From an uncultured Bacillota bacterium (GTDB taxonomy: Bacteria > Bacillota_I > Bacilli_A > RFN20 > CAG-826), in assembly GCA_949289845.1 (NCBI GenBank), contig CASEPN010000001.1, positions 528,316 through 592,315 of the forward strand: a stretch of 64,000 nucleotides of DNA, read 5' to 3'. A program made the translations under genes and the position numbers. Each line of letters starts with the position of its first letter. Position 1 is the stretch's first letter. The notes beneath the pieces are model-generated. The model searched no databases. It was given only the letters and a program-made list of their open reading frames with translations, and was not told the origin of the DNA. Positions 39,330 through 48,365 of this stretch are shown piece by piece.

Positions 39330-39612
39330 ACGAGGGCGAGAGCCATTTCGTTAACGCCCTTAAACGCTTTCTATTACCAGGGAGAAAAAGACCCACAAGA
39401 TGCCTCTTGAAGTCCCCGTCCTCCGGGCTATAGTCTCCTTGCGAAGAAGGAGACACGCTCAAGGGGAAGTCCCCATGGAGCACCGCTCCGGAGCATCCGT
39501 CCGAGGAGGGCGGCGAGTCCATCCGCGTTAAGGGGAAGAGAGGCGGGAAGGAGATTCCCGCAAGCAAGGTGGAACCGCGCGGAAGCGCCCTTGTCGGGGC
39601 GCTTTCTTTTCG
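39330..39612 (+). promoter_or_regulatory. T-box riboswitch leader of thrS with an intrinsic terminator
   Basis: The conserved T-box sequence AAGGTGGAACCGCG lies at ~39566-39579. It is followed by the terminator hairpin GCGCCCTTGTCGGGGCGC plus a T-run (~39585-39610), then the RBS GGAAGGAGG, and the ATG at 39631. Firmicute thrS is classically T-box regulated. Confidence 0.6.
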
Positions 39613-39630
39613 TGGGAAGGAGGAATACCC

Positions 39631-41532
39631 ATGCAGATCCGCTACGAAGGAAGGAAAATCGAAATCAAGGACGGGGCGACCGGCTTCGACCTCGTGAAGG
39701 AGTTCGACCCGGACAGGAAGAAGGAGGTCGTCGCTCTCCAGGGCAAGGAGAGGGAGCGTTCCCTCCGGGAGCCCCTCGTCCCCGGGGACGAGCTTTCCCC
39801 GATCCTCATGGGGAGCAAGGAGGCGTTCCACCTCCTCAACCACTCGACCTCGCACCTCATGGCGCAGGCGATCCGCCACCTCTACCCCGAGGCCCGCTTC
39901 GGGGTGGGGCCGGCGATCGAGGAAGGCTTCTACTACGACGTCGACCCCGGGGAAGGGAAGACCATCGCCGAAAGCGACCTCCCGCGCATCGAGGAGGAGA
40001 TGCGGAAGCTTTCCAAGGAGAACATCCCCTTCGAGAGGATGGAGTGCTCGATGGAGGAGGCCCTTTCCCTCTTCCCCGGGGACCCTTACAAGGACGAGCT
40101 CATCAAGGAGCACGGGGCGGAAGGCATCAGCCTCTACCGCCAGGGCGACTTCCTCGACCTTTGCCGCGGGCCCCACGTCCCCTCGACCGGCTATATCAAG
40201 CACTTCCGCCTCCTTTCCGTCGCCGGCGCCTACTGGCGGGGCGATAGCAGGAACAAGCAGCTGACCAGGATCTACGGCACCTCCTTCTGGAGCAAGGAGG
40301 AACTGGAGAACTACCTCGAGCTCCTTGAGAAGAGGAAGAGGAACGACCACCGGAGGCTCGGGAAGGAGCTCGGGCTCTTCTTCATCAGCGAGTACGGCCC
40401 CGGCTTCCCTTTCTTCCTCCCCAAGGGGATGGAGCTCAAGAACCACCTCCTCTCCTACTGGAGGGAAATCCACCATAAGTACGGCTACCAGGAGATCGAG
40501 ACCCCGACCATCCTCTCGCGCGAGCTCTGGGAGACCTCCGGCCACTGGGACCACTACAAGGAGAACATGTACGTCACGAAGATCGACGACAGGGACTTCG
40601 CGATCAAGCCGATGAACTGCCCCGGGGCGATCCTCGTCTACAAGAACGAGATCCATAGCTACCGGGAGCTGCCGCTCCGCTATGCGGAGCTCGGGCACGT
40701 GCATAGGCACGAGGCCTCGGGCGCCCTGAACGGCCTCTTCCGCGTGCGCGCCTTCACCCAGGACGACTCCCACATCTTCATCCGCGAGGACCAGATCGAG
40801 GACGAGGTCAAGAACATCATGGCCCTCTTCGACGAGGTGTATAGCCTCTTCGGCCTTTCCTACAGGATTGTCCTCTCCACGAGGCCGGAGGAAGGCTACA
40901 TCGGCACCCCCGAGTTCTGGGACAAGGCGGAGGCGGCGCTCGCGAAGGCCTGCCTCGACTCCGGACACGAGTACCAGGTGAACCCCGGGGACGGGGCCTT
41001 CTACGGGCCGAAGCTCGACTTCAAGCTGAAGGACTCGATGGGCAGGACCTGGCAGTGCGGGACCATCCAGCTCGACCTCAACCTCCCCCACCGGTTCGGC
41101 TGCACCTATGTCGACGAGAACGGCGAGAAGAAGGAGCCCGTGATGCTCCACAGGGTCGTCTTCGGCTCGATCGAGCGCTTCATCGGCATCATAACCGAGA
41201 ACTACGGCGGGGCCTTCCCCGCCTGGCTCGCACCCAAGGCGGCGAGGATCCTGCCGGTGAAGAAGGAGGCGCATGGGGCCTACGCGAAGGAAGTCCTCGC
41301 CCTCCTTGAGAAGGCGGGCGTCCCCGCGGAGATCGACGATTCCGAGGAGAAGCTTGGCTACCGTCTCCGGAAGAGCCAGGTCGAGAAGGTCCCCTACGTC
41401 CTCGTCCTCGGGGACATGGAGGCCGAGGGAAGGTCGGTGAACCTGCGCGCCTTCGGGTCGGAAAAGCAGGAGTCGCTCTCTCTCGAAGAAGCCATCGAGC
41501 GCCTTTCCGCGGAAGTCCAGGAACGGAAATAG
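39631..41532 (+). CDS. thrS: Threonyl-tRNA synthetase
   Basis: A 633-aa protein with the TGS domain, a class II core (HRHEASGALNGLFRVRAFTQDDSHIF) and an anticodon-binding domain. Confidence 0.9.
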   Translation: MQIRYEGRKIEIKDGATGFDLVKEFDPDRKKEVVALQGKERERSLREPLVPGDELSPILMGSKEAFHLLNHSTSHLMAQAIRHLYPEARFGVGPAIEEGFYYDVDPGEGKTIAESDLPRIEEEMRKLSKENIPFERMECSMEEALSLFPGDPYKDELIKEHGAEGISLYRQGDFLDLCRGPHVPSTGYIKHFRLLSVAGAYWRGDSRNKQLTRIYGTSFWSKEELENYLELLEKRKRNDHRRLGKELGLFFISEYGPGFPFFLPKGMELKNHLLSYWREIHHKYGYQEIETPTILSRELWETSGHWDHYKENMYVTKIDDRDFAIKPMNCPGAILVYKNEIHSYRELPLRYAELGHVHRHEASGALNGLFRVRAFTQDDSHIFIREDQIEDEVKNIMALFDEVYSLFGLSYRIVLSTRPEEGYIGTPEFWDKAEAALAKACLDSGHEYQVNPGDGAFYGPKLDFKLKDSMGRTWQCGTIQLDLNLPHRFGCTYVDENGEKKEPVMLHRVVFGSIERFIGIITENYGGAFPAWLAPKAARILPVKKEAHGAYAKEVLALLEKAGVPAEIDDSEEKLGYRLRKSQVEKVPYVLVLGDMEAEGRSVNLRAFGSEKQESLSLEEAIERLSAEVQERK

Positions 41533-41539
41533 CAGACGA

Positions 41540-41582
41540 AAAAAGGGTTTCTGCTGGGGAAATCCCGCAGAACCCCTTTTCT
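41540..41582. terminator. Bidirectional rho-independent terminator between thrS (+) and ogt (-)
   Basis: The hairpin GGGTTTCTGC-TGGGGAAATCCC-GCAGAACCC is flanked by an A-run and a T-run. Confidence 0.6.
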
Positions 41583-41587
41583 TTCGC

Positions 41588-42121
41588 CTAGCCGATCGAA
41601 GGATGGAGGTAGCGCCCCGGGCGGTAGCGCTTCCCGCCGGAGCGCTCCATCTCGAGGAGGCTCTCGCAGATCTCGACGCCAGCGGGATAGCCTTCCTGGG
41701 CGATGCTCTCCCCCTCCTCCCTCACGACCCTGTGGCAGGGAATGAAGATAGGAAGGGGGTTGTTCATGAGCGCGGAGCGAAGCGCCTGGACGGTCTTTCT
41801 CGAGGAGAGGGCCTGGAGGGTCTCCTTCTCCGTCCGCGTCTCGCCGTAGGGGATGGAAAGGACGTACTCGTACACCTTCCTCTCCCATTCCTCGCATTCG
41901 AGGAAAAGAGGGAGGTCGAACTTCTTCCTCTGGCCGAAGAAGTACTGGTTCAGCTCGCAGATCGCGTCATAAAGGAGCGTCGTCTCCCCGTGGGCGATCC
42001 CCTCGGGGTCGTGGCTCCCGAAAAGGACTTTCACCAGCCGCTTCCTCGTGCCGATGAGGGTCATGTCCCCCGCGGCGGTGTCGTAGACGGAATAGCGCAA
42101 AGAATCCCCTTTCAGTTCCAT
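41588..42121 (-). CDS. ogt: Methylated-DNA--protein-cysteine methyltransferase
   Basis: The active-site PCHRVV motif is present in the context IPCHRVVREEG. Confidence 0.8.
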   Translation of the reverse strand: MELKGDSLRYSVYDTAAGDMTLIGTRKRLVKVLFGSHDPEGIAHGETTLLYDAICELNQYFFGQRKKFDLPLFLECEEWERKVYEYVLSIPYGETRTEKETLQALSSRKTVQALRSALMNNPLPIFIPCHRVVREEGESIAQEGYPAGVEICESLLEMERSGGKRYRPGRYLHPSIG

Positions 42122-42204
42122 CGTTGCCCCCTTTCACCATCAAAATAACGGAAGTTCGGAACCAAGGCAACCGAAAGTTAGGAAAAATCGTAGAATGCGC
42201 CTTT

Positions 42205-43005
42205 TTAGAAGGTGACGGTCAGAAGAGTCATGTCGTCGATGCTCTTGAAGCGGGGGTGCTCCACGAAATCCGGGTCCTTCGCCGAGGCATCGAGTATCGC
42301 CCTCCGGATCTTCCGGAAGGGAGTGTGGAACAACGTCTTGCGGTCCATGATATGGAAGGTATCGACTGCCTGGAGAATGCCGTCGGTGGCAAGGGCGAGG
42401 AAACGCACCTTCTCAAGGGGGATCTTCGTCTCGAAGGGGACGATCGCCCCTGCGGCGGGGAGGCTGAACACGCGGTATCCCCCGAGGCCGTTCATGAGCC
42501 TCCTGTTCTCGCGGAGCCTATCCTGAATGAGGGGGCGGGCTTCCCTCGGGGTGATTCCCTTCTCCTCGGCGATCCTTCGCATCTCCTGGAGAGCGCCTTC
42601 GTCGATCCGGGGCAGGTTCTTGTCGCGGAAGGAAAGGGTCGTCCCGTCCTTTTCCTCGAGGTAGATCTCGACGTCCCCGAGCATCCAGAGGTGGAGCTCC
42701 TTCTCCTCGATTCTTGCCATCGCCAGGCCCATCGAGGGCATCTCCGCGGGATCCTTGGTGTCGCTTTTCTTGGCGAAGCGTTCCCCGTAGACCCGCGAAA
42801 GCCTTTGCAGTTCCCCGGTCAAATCCTCGATTCCTGGGTTGAGGTCGCGGACGAAGGACTTGACGAGCCACATCGCGTCAGTCGGCTCGAAATGGGGTTC
42901 CCCGAGCCCCGTGGCCCCGTCCATGACCGCGAAGAAGTACTCGGTGGCGATGTAGCCGTCCTCGTTCCACTTCCCCGCGGAACGGGTCCTGGCGACCACT
43001 TCCAT
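42205..43005 (-). CDS. PP2C-family (PPM) protein serine/threonine phosphatase-like protein
   Basis: The FAVMDGATGLG motif (DGxxG) and the LALATDGI motif resemble the PPM metal-binding motifs. The track start 43008 is TTG. The ATG at 43005 overlaps the stop of the upstream gene (TGATG). Confidence 0.55.
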   Translation of the reverse strand: MEVVARTRSAGKWNEDGYIATEYFFAVMDGATGLGEPHFEPTDAMWLVKSFVRDLNPGIEDLTGELQRLSRVYGERFAKKSDTKDPAEMPSMGLAMARIEEKELHLWMLGDVEIYLEEKDGTTLSFRDKNLPRIDEGALQEMRRIAEEKGITPREARPLIQDRLRENRRLMNGLGGYRVFSLPAAGAIVPFETKIPLEKVRFLALATDGILQAVDTFHIMDRKTLFHTPFRKIRRAILDASAKDPDFVEHPRFKSIDDMTLLTVTF

Positions 43006-44357
43006 CAAAGGATCCCCACCTTGCTGAGGACAAGGAAGAAGCCGATGAAAGAGAGGGCGAGGGCGAGTATCACGATCGCGTAGGAAACCTTGTGCCTCCT
43101 CACCCCCTTCTTGTTCACGACAAGGATGAAGAGGAGGACGAGGGCGATGAGGAAGGAGACGGAAAGGGCGAGAAGCGTGACGAGGAGGGCGAGCGAGTCG
43201 ATGCCCGCGGTCCCCGAAAGCGCGGATACGGTCGCTGTGACGAAACCGACGAGGGTGGAGAAGATCGAGACGTAGGCGATGTTCGTGATCTTCTCGTTCT
43301 TCAGCTGCTCCTCGGCGTCCTTGAGGGCGAGGATCTCGAACTCCGTCTGGTAGTAGGAGGAGACCCCGCTCACCTCGCGGAGGTAGCTCTCGTAGCGCGC
43401 GAGGCCCGAGAGCCCTTCCGGCCTCCTCCCGAGGAGGGCGATGCCCTCGCGGATCTCCTGCCCGGCCTTCCCCCCTTCCCCGAGGAGGGCGAGGAGGCGG
43501 CCGTAGGTGAGATGGAACTTCGCGTATTTCTTCCCGTCCTCGGAACTGAGGACGTCCTGCATGAGGGAGGCGGCGTCGAGGATCTCCGGGGCGAGGCGCT
43601 TCCCGTAGGGCCTCAGGCGCCTCATCGCCTCGCGCCCGACCTTGTCGCGAAGGGGCTCCTTGTCCTCGCCCTCCTCCTCCTGGACGATCGTCTCCTCGAG
43701 GTGGATGGAGTAGTAGTCGGCGACCACTTCCCCATAGTGGTTGGAGAAGCCCTCCTGATGGAACCCGTGGGCAATCTCCCCCGTTTCCCGGATGAGGTCC
43801 CGGGAAGGGCCGTAGATCTGGGCCTTCGCCATGAGGCGGAGGTGCTCCAGCATGCTCTCCGCGCCCTTCCGGAGCGAGGAGCCTTCCTCGGGGTATCCCT
43901 TCTTGAACGCCTTGCGGAAGGCGGAGACGAGCTCGCTATCCTCGTCCCGCTCGGAGCGGTCCCCCCGGTCCCCCTGGAAGAGGAGCTTGTAGAGGAGGAC
44001 GATGTCGCGGTCCCGCCGGAGCCTCGTGTAGATGAGGAAGAAGCGGCACCATGCCAGGAGGAAGAGGTCCCAGCAAAAGTCCTCCCCCTCCTTGAGGGAG
44101 GAGAGCTCGCCGACGCACTTCTGGGAGAGCCGCTCGAGGAAGAGGGAGGGGACGAGCCCCTCCGTCCCGAGAAGGGCGCGCATCCTCTCCCCCTTCGCGC
44201 GATCGCTCAGCGCCTCCTCGGCCTGGCGGAGGGAAAGGTCGCGCTCCTCCTGGAAGAGGGAGGAGAGCTCTTGGGAGGCGGATCTCGCCTCCTCCTCGAG
44301 GATGCTCTCTCCGACGCCCGTGCCCCACGGGGCGCTATCGCTTGTCTTAACGCTCAT
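43005..44357 (-). CDS. Hypothetical protein with a ~380-aa cytoplasmic region and three C-terminal transmembrane helices
   Basis: The track ORF extends to a TTG at 44423. The first ATG (MSVKTSDSAP) is at 44357. The C-terminus (ITNIAYVSIFSTLVGFVTATV...LLFILVVNKKG...AIVILALALSFIGFFLVL) is hydrophobic. It is translationally coupled to the PP2C-like gene. Confidence 0.5.
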   Translation of the reverse strand: MSVKTSDSAPWGTGVGESILEEEARSASQELSSLFQEERDLSLRQAEEALSDRAKGERMRALLGTEGLVPSLFLERLSQKCVGELSSLKEGEDFCWDLFLLAWCRFFLIYTRLRRDRDIVLLYKLLFQGDRGDRSERDEDSELVSAFRKAFKKGYPEEGSSLRKGAESMLEHLRLMAKAQIYGPSRDLIRETGEIAHGFHQEGFSNHYGEVVADYYSIHLEETIVQEEEGEDKEPLRDKVGREAMRRLRPYGKRLAPEILDAASLMQDVLSSEDGKKYAKFHLTYGRLLALLGEGGKAGQEIREGIALLGRRPEGLSGLARYESYLREVSGVSSYYQTEFEILALKDAEEQLKNEKITNIAYVSIFSTLVGFVTATVSALSGTAGIDSLALLVTLLALSVSFLIALVLLFILVVNKKGVRRHKVSYAIVILALALSFIGFFLVLSKVGIL

Positions 44358-44423
44358 GGACCGATGATACTTCCCCTGGCCTTCCTTGAATAGGGAGGCG
44401 CCCAGGGTGCTAGAATTAAACAA

Positions 44424-45275
44424 ATGGAACAGAAGGCGCTTCGCTCTCCCCGGGACCTCGGGGACATCCTCGCGGCGTGGTCCGCGATCCCTCTTCCCCC
44501 GGGAGATTCCCTCGGGGGGAAGCTCATCCCCGACCTATACATGGCGCTTCCCGAGGAGGAGGACTTCGACGCCCTCCTCAGGAGGATCCACCAGACGCTG
44601 AAGGGGACGGGGCTCCTCTCCTTCGAGGGTCCCATGCCCACCTACTCCTATTTCCTTGAGCTCCTCGAGCGGGACGGGCGCTTCCTCAGCTCCCAGGACT
44701 TCTTCGACATCTACCGGAAGAACCTCTGCCACATGGGACGCCCCTTCAAGGGCATCCTCGGAATCGAGATCACCGACTGGGTGGAGCGGAGAGGCACATC
44801 CGCCCAGAAGTTCGGGGACTTCATGACCTTCCTCCAGACGATCGACAAGGACGTCCTCATCGTCTTCCTCTCCACCTGCCTCGACCAGAACAAGAACGAG
44901 GAGGCCTTCCTCGACCTGCTGCACCGCTTCCGCCTGGAGAGGGCGGGCCTCGGGAAGGGAGTCCAGAAGGAGGACTTCCTCTCCTTCCTCCTGGAGCGGC
45001 TAGCCTCGGGGGGGACCGAGGTGAAGGAGGAGGCGAGGCCCCTCCTCGAGGAGATCGCCGCCTTCGTCCTCTCGGCCCGCGGGAACCAGGGCCTGGATAG
45101 CGCGAGGAGGCTTGCCGAGGACATCCGCTACGAGTGCCTGCTCCAGGCGAAGGAGGGGAGACCCGTCCTCACCAAGGAGATCGCCGTCCTCTTCCTCCCC
45201 GGAGGAGAGTGGGCGGAGGCCTTCCGCCTCAGCTCGGAAAGAGGGGCGAGGGTCGGCCGCATCGGCCTCATCTAG
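44424..45275 (+). CDS. Hypothetical protein (283 aa), first gene of the VirD4-like/ClpP-like operon; start uncertain (alternative ATG at 44541)
   Basis: An ORF with no recognisable motifs. It ends 16 nt upstream of the VirD4-like gene, whose RBS is AGGAGGAGGAAAA. Confidence 0.45.
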   Translation: MEQKALRSPRDLGDILAAWSAIPLPPGDSLGGKLIPDLYMALPEEEDFDALLRRIHQTLKGTGLLSFEGPMPTYSYFLELLERDGRFLSSQDFFDIYRKNLCHMGRPFKGILGIEITDWVERRGTSAQKFGDFMTFLQTIDKDVLIVFLSTCLDQNKNEEAFLDLLHRFRLERAGLGKGVQKEDFLSFLLERLASGGTEVKEEARPLLEEIAAFVLSARGNQGLDSARRLAEDIRYECLLQAKEGRPVLTKEIAVLFLPGGEWAEAFRLSSERGARVGRIGLI

Positions 45276-45290
45276 GAGGAGGAAAAGCAA

Positions 45291-46976
45291 ATGGCGAACG
45301 AATACCGCTACAGCAGGATCTTCGGGGTCCACACCTTCGAGAACCGCTTCGCCACGGAGGAGGAGATCCGCCTCTCGGGCATCCTCTCCCCCGTCTATTT
45401 CGGCTCGAAAGAGATGCCCCGGGACTCGGGGATCCCCATCCTCACGGACGGGCGCCGGGCCGAGGTCCTCGGAGGCGACACGCATAGCCTCATCATTGGG
45501 GCGACGGGCTCGATGAAGACGAGGGCGGTCCTCGTCCCGACCCTCCTCTCGATCGCCGAGCACGGCGAGAACCTCGTCGTGAGCGACCCCAAGGGCGAGA
45601 TCTTCGACCTCACGAGCGGGCGCCTCCAGGAGCTCGGCTACGAGGTGCGCTGCATCAACTTCCGCGACATGTCGCGCTCCAACCGCTGGAATCCGCTACT
45701 GAGCGCCTACGAGCGCTACGAGAAAGGGGACGTCGACGGGGCCGTGGAGCTCATCATCGACCTCACCAAGATGCTGGTCGAGCCCTTCCGCTCGACGCAG
45801 GACCCCTACTGGCATAACTCCGCCGAGCACATGCTCCAGGGGGCGATCGAGCTCCTGATGGCGGTGGCGAGCGTCCCCCAGGACTGCAACATGGAGACGC
45901 TCTCCGTCCTCATGACCATGATCAACGCCGTGAGCGGCGACGGGGACGGGGACCCGATGACCAACCGGGCGCTCCGCTCGCTCGTGAACTCGCTCCCGGA
46001 CAACTCGAGGATCCGCGGGAACCTCGCCCCTGTCTTCGGGAACGCCCCGAACACGAGGAGGTGCATCACCTCGATGGCGCAGTCGGCGATCGACTGCTTC
46101 GCCAACAGCGACGCCGCGCTGAACCTCACCTCCGAGAGCACCTTCTCGATCGCCCGGCTCGGGGAGAAGGACGGGAAGATGGCGATCTTCATCATCGTCC
46201 CCGACGAGAAGAGCACCTTCGACTTCATCACCGCCGCCTTCGTGAAGGAGGTTTATAGCGACGCCATCGCGATGGCCTCCGCCTCTCCCGGCAGGAAGCT
46301 CCCCCGGAGGCTGAACTTCCTCCTCGACGAGTTCGCGAACATCCCGCCGATCCCGGACATGACCGACATGATCAGCGCCGCGCGCTCGCGGAACATCCGC
46401 TTCCACCTCGTCCTCCAGAGCAACGCGCAGCTGGAGGGACGCTACGGGAAGGCCGACGCGGAGACGATCAAGACGAACTGCCAGACGTGGGTCTACCTCT
46501 ATAGCCGCGAGACCTCGATGCTCACCGAGATCCAGCAGTACGTGGGGACCGACGGGACGGGGAAGCCGCTCCTCACCCTTGCCGACATCGAGCGGATCGG
46601 GCCCTGCTTCCCCAAGGTGAACGCCCTGGTCATGATGCCGAGGATGCGTCCCTTCCTGGCAAGCCTCGCCGACTATAGCCTCTACCCCACTCTCGTGGGG
46701 GAGAACGGGAAGGCGAAGCTTCCGCCCGTGGACATCCGCCTCCCCGAGAGGCGCCCGGGCGGGCAGATCGCGATCGGAGAGGAGCTTCTCAAGCCCGCGC
46801 GGACGAGGACCCAGGAGATTGCCGAGTACATCGCGGAGAGGGAGAAGGGGGCAAGGGGCCCGAGCTACCGCGACCGCTTCCTCCGCCCGATCGCCAAGGA
46901 AGGCGGGAAGAGCGAGGCCATCGCCCAGGAACGCCGCCGCTTCGTGAACGCCCTGATGGGCAAGAAAGGAGAATAG
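45291..46976 (+). CDS. VirD4/TraG/TraD-family (type IV coupling protein-like) P-loop ATPase lacking the N-terminal membrane anchor and with a non-canonical Walker A
   Basis: It has a Walker A-like motif GATGSMKT, where Met replaces the conserved Gly. The Walker B region LNFLLDEFANIP is typical of T4SS-DNA_transf/TraG-D_C proteins. No transmembrane segments were found. There is a strong RBS. Confidence 0.6.
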   Translation: MANEYRYSRIFGVHTFENRFATEEEIRLSGILSPVYFGSKEMPRDSGIPILTDGRRAEVLGGDTHSLIIGATGSMKTRAVLVPTLLSIAEHGENLVVSDPKGEIFDLTSGRLQELGYEVRCINFRDMSRSNRWNPLLSAYERYEKGDVDGAVELIIDLTKMLVEPFRSTQDPYWHNSAEHMLQGAIELLMAVASVPQDCNMETLSVLMTMINAVSGDGDGDPMTNRALRSLVNSLPDNSRIRGNLAPVFGNAPNTRRCITSMAQSAIDCFANSDAALNLTSESTFSIARLGEKDGKMAIFIIVPDEKSTFDFITAAFVKEVYSDAIAMASASPGRKLPRRLNFLLDEFANIPPIPDMTDMISAARSRNIRFHLVLQSNAQLEGRYGKADAETIKTNCQTWVYLYSRETSMLTEIQQYVGTDGTGKPLLTLADIERIGPCFPKVNALVMMPRMRPFLASLADYSLYPTLVGENGKAKLPPVDIRLPERRPGGQIAIGEELLKPARTRTQEIAEYIAEREKGARGPSYRDRFLRPIAKEGGKSEAIAQERRRFVNALMGKKGE

Positions 46977-46977
46977 G

Positions 46978-47550
46978 ATGGGAGAGAAGAGCTACTTCCT
47001 GAACGAATCCATCGACAACTTCATCCGGAGCCGCAACATCCCCCTCGTGGGCGAGGTGAACGGGAAGATGGCCCTGGACGCGATGATGATGCTCCTCCAG
47101 ATGAACGAGGAGAGCCGCGAGAAGCCGATCACCCTCTACATCGATAGCGGGGGAGGCTCCGTCCCGGCGGGCTGGACCATCATCGACACGATGAACGCGA
47201 TCTCGGCTCCCGTGGACACGATCTGCTACGGGACGGCGGCCTCGATGGCGGCCATCATCCTCGCCGCGGGAAGGAAGCGCTACGCCCTCCCCCACTCCCT
47301 CATCATGATCCACCAGCCGTCCCTCGTGACCGCCGAGGAAAGCGTGCGCCAGGAGGACTTCCAGGTCCTCGCCGATAGGATCCGGAACACGCGGGAGAGC
47401 GCCGAGCGCTTCCTCGCCGAGCGGAGCAACGGCAAGGCCGACCAGGCGAAGTTCCACGAGGCCTGCCGCCTCGACACCTACCTCTCCCCCGAGGAAGCCC
47501 TGGAGCTTGGCATCATCGACGAGATCCTCGGCGGGGAGAAGCGGCTATAA
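46978..47550 (+). CDS. ClpP-family (TepA-like, S14) serine peptidase-like protein
   Basis: All three catalytic-triad contexts are retained: TICYGTAASMAAIIL (Ser), LIMIHQPS (His) and LDTYLSPEEALELGIIDEI (Asp). The 190-aa product is shorter than canonical ClpP. Its ATG lies 2 nt after the VirD4-like stop. Confidence 0.65.
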   Translation: MGEKSYFLNESIDNFIRSRNIPLVGEVNGKMALDAMMMLLQMNEESREKPITLYIDSGGGSVPAGWTIIDTMNAISAPVDTICYGTAASMAAIILAAGRKRYALPHSLIMIHQPSLVTAEESVRQEDFQVLADRIRNTRESAERFLAERSNGKADQAKFHEACRLDTYLSPEEALELGIIDEILGGEKRL

Positions 47551-48200
47551 GGACCGCCTTCCTCGACCTCGACGGGACGATCCTCGACACCGAGAGGCTC
47601 TACCAGAAGCATTGGAGGAAAGCCGCCTTTTCCCTGCATCTCCCCGTCGAAAAGGCGGATTTCCTCATGCTCCGGAGCCTGGACAGGACTCTCGCGGACA
47701 TGCTCCTCCATAAGTGGTTCGGTGAGGAGGCCCCTCTAGAGGAATTAAGGAGGAGAAGGAACGAGGGGATGGAAGAGGAGATGCTCCTCTCCCCTCCGAA
47801 GGTCAAGGAAGGAGCCATAGAGGGACTGCGGAAACTAAGGGAGAAAGGCTACCGCCTTGCCCTCGTGACCCAGACCCCGAGGGAGAGGATCCTTCCTCTC
47901 CTTGAAAGGGCAGGACTCCACAACCCCTTCGACGAGATTGTCTCCGCGAGGGAAGCAAGAAGGGGCAAGCCCTTCCCCGACCCTTATCTCCTCGCTTTGG
48001 AGAGGACGAATTCCCTCCCCGAGGAGTGCCTCGCCTTCGAGGACGCGCCCGCGGGCGCCCTCTCCGCGATCCGCGCGGGAATCAGGACCTACTACGTGAA
48101 GGACCTGGACGAGCCCTCCCCCGCCCTCCGGAAGCTTCTTGCAGGAGTGCTCGATAGGCTCGACGAATGGGAGTTGACAGAGCCTCCCTCCCGTGGATAA
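47547..48200 (+). CDS. HAD-superfamily hydrolase (subfamily IA, beta-phosphoglucomutase-like) with a non-canonical or undetermined start
   Basis: HAD motif I (FLDLDGTILDTE) is encoded at 47559-47594, upstream of the first in-frame ATG (47667). The frame is open from ~47388 with no ATG, GTG or TTG. The 5' end therefore abuts or overlaps the ClpP-like stop (47548-50), in the -1 frame relative to the ClpP-like gene. Confidence 0.55.
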   Translation: MRTAFLDLDGTILDTERLYQKHWRKAAFSLHLPVEKADFLMLRSLDRTLADMLLHKWFGEEAPLEELRRRRNEGMEEEMLLSPPKVKEGAIEGLRKLREKGYRLALVTQTPRERILPLLERAGLHNPFDEIVSAREARRGKPFPDPYLLALERTNSLPEECLAFEDAPAGALSAIRAGIRTYYVKDLDEPSPALRKLLAGVLDRLDEWELTEPPSRG

Positions 48201-48365
48201 TTCGCCACGTCGATAGGTAGAAAGAAGCCCGTCCGGCTCGCCGGAGGTCCCCAGGACCTCGGCACGATGGCTACCCAGAGGAGACGACGCGGTTCGTCCT
48301 CCATGGAATAGATCATCAGGGCGCGGGCTTCCGCGCCCTTTCGATCAAGAAGGAGGAAACCGAAC

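Noticed and set aside
39262-41274. 670-aa minus-strand ORF
   Set aside because: It is antisense to thrS and has low-complexity Gly/Pro/Arg-rich composition, so it is an artefact.
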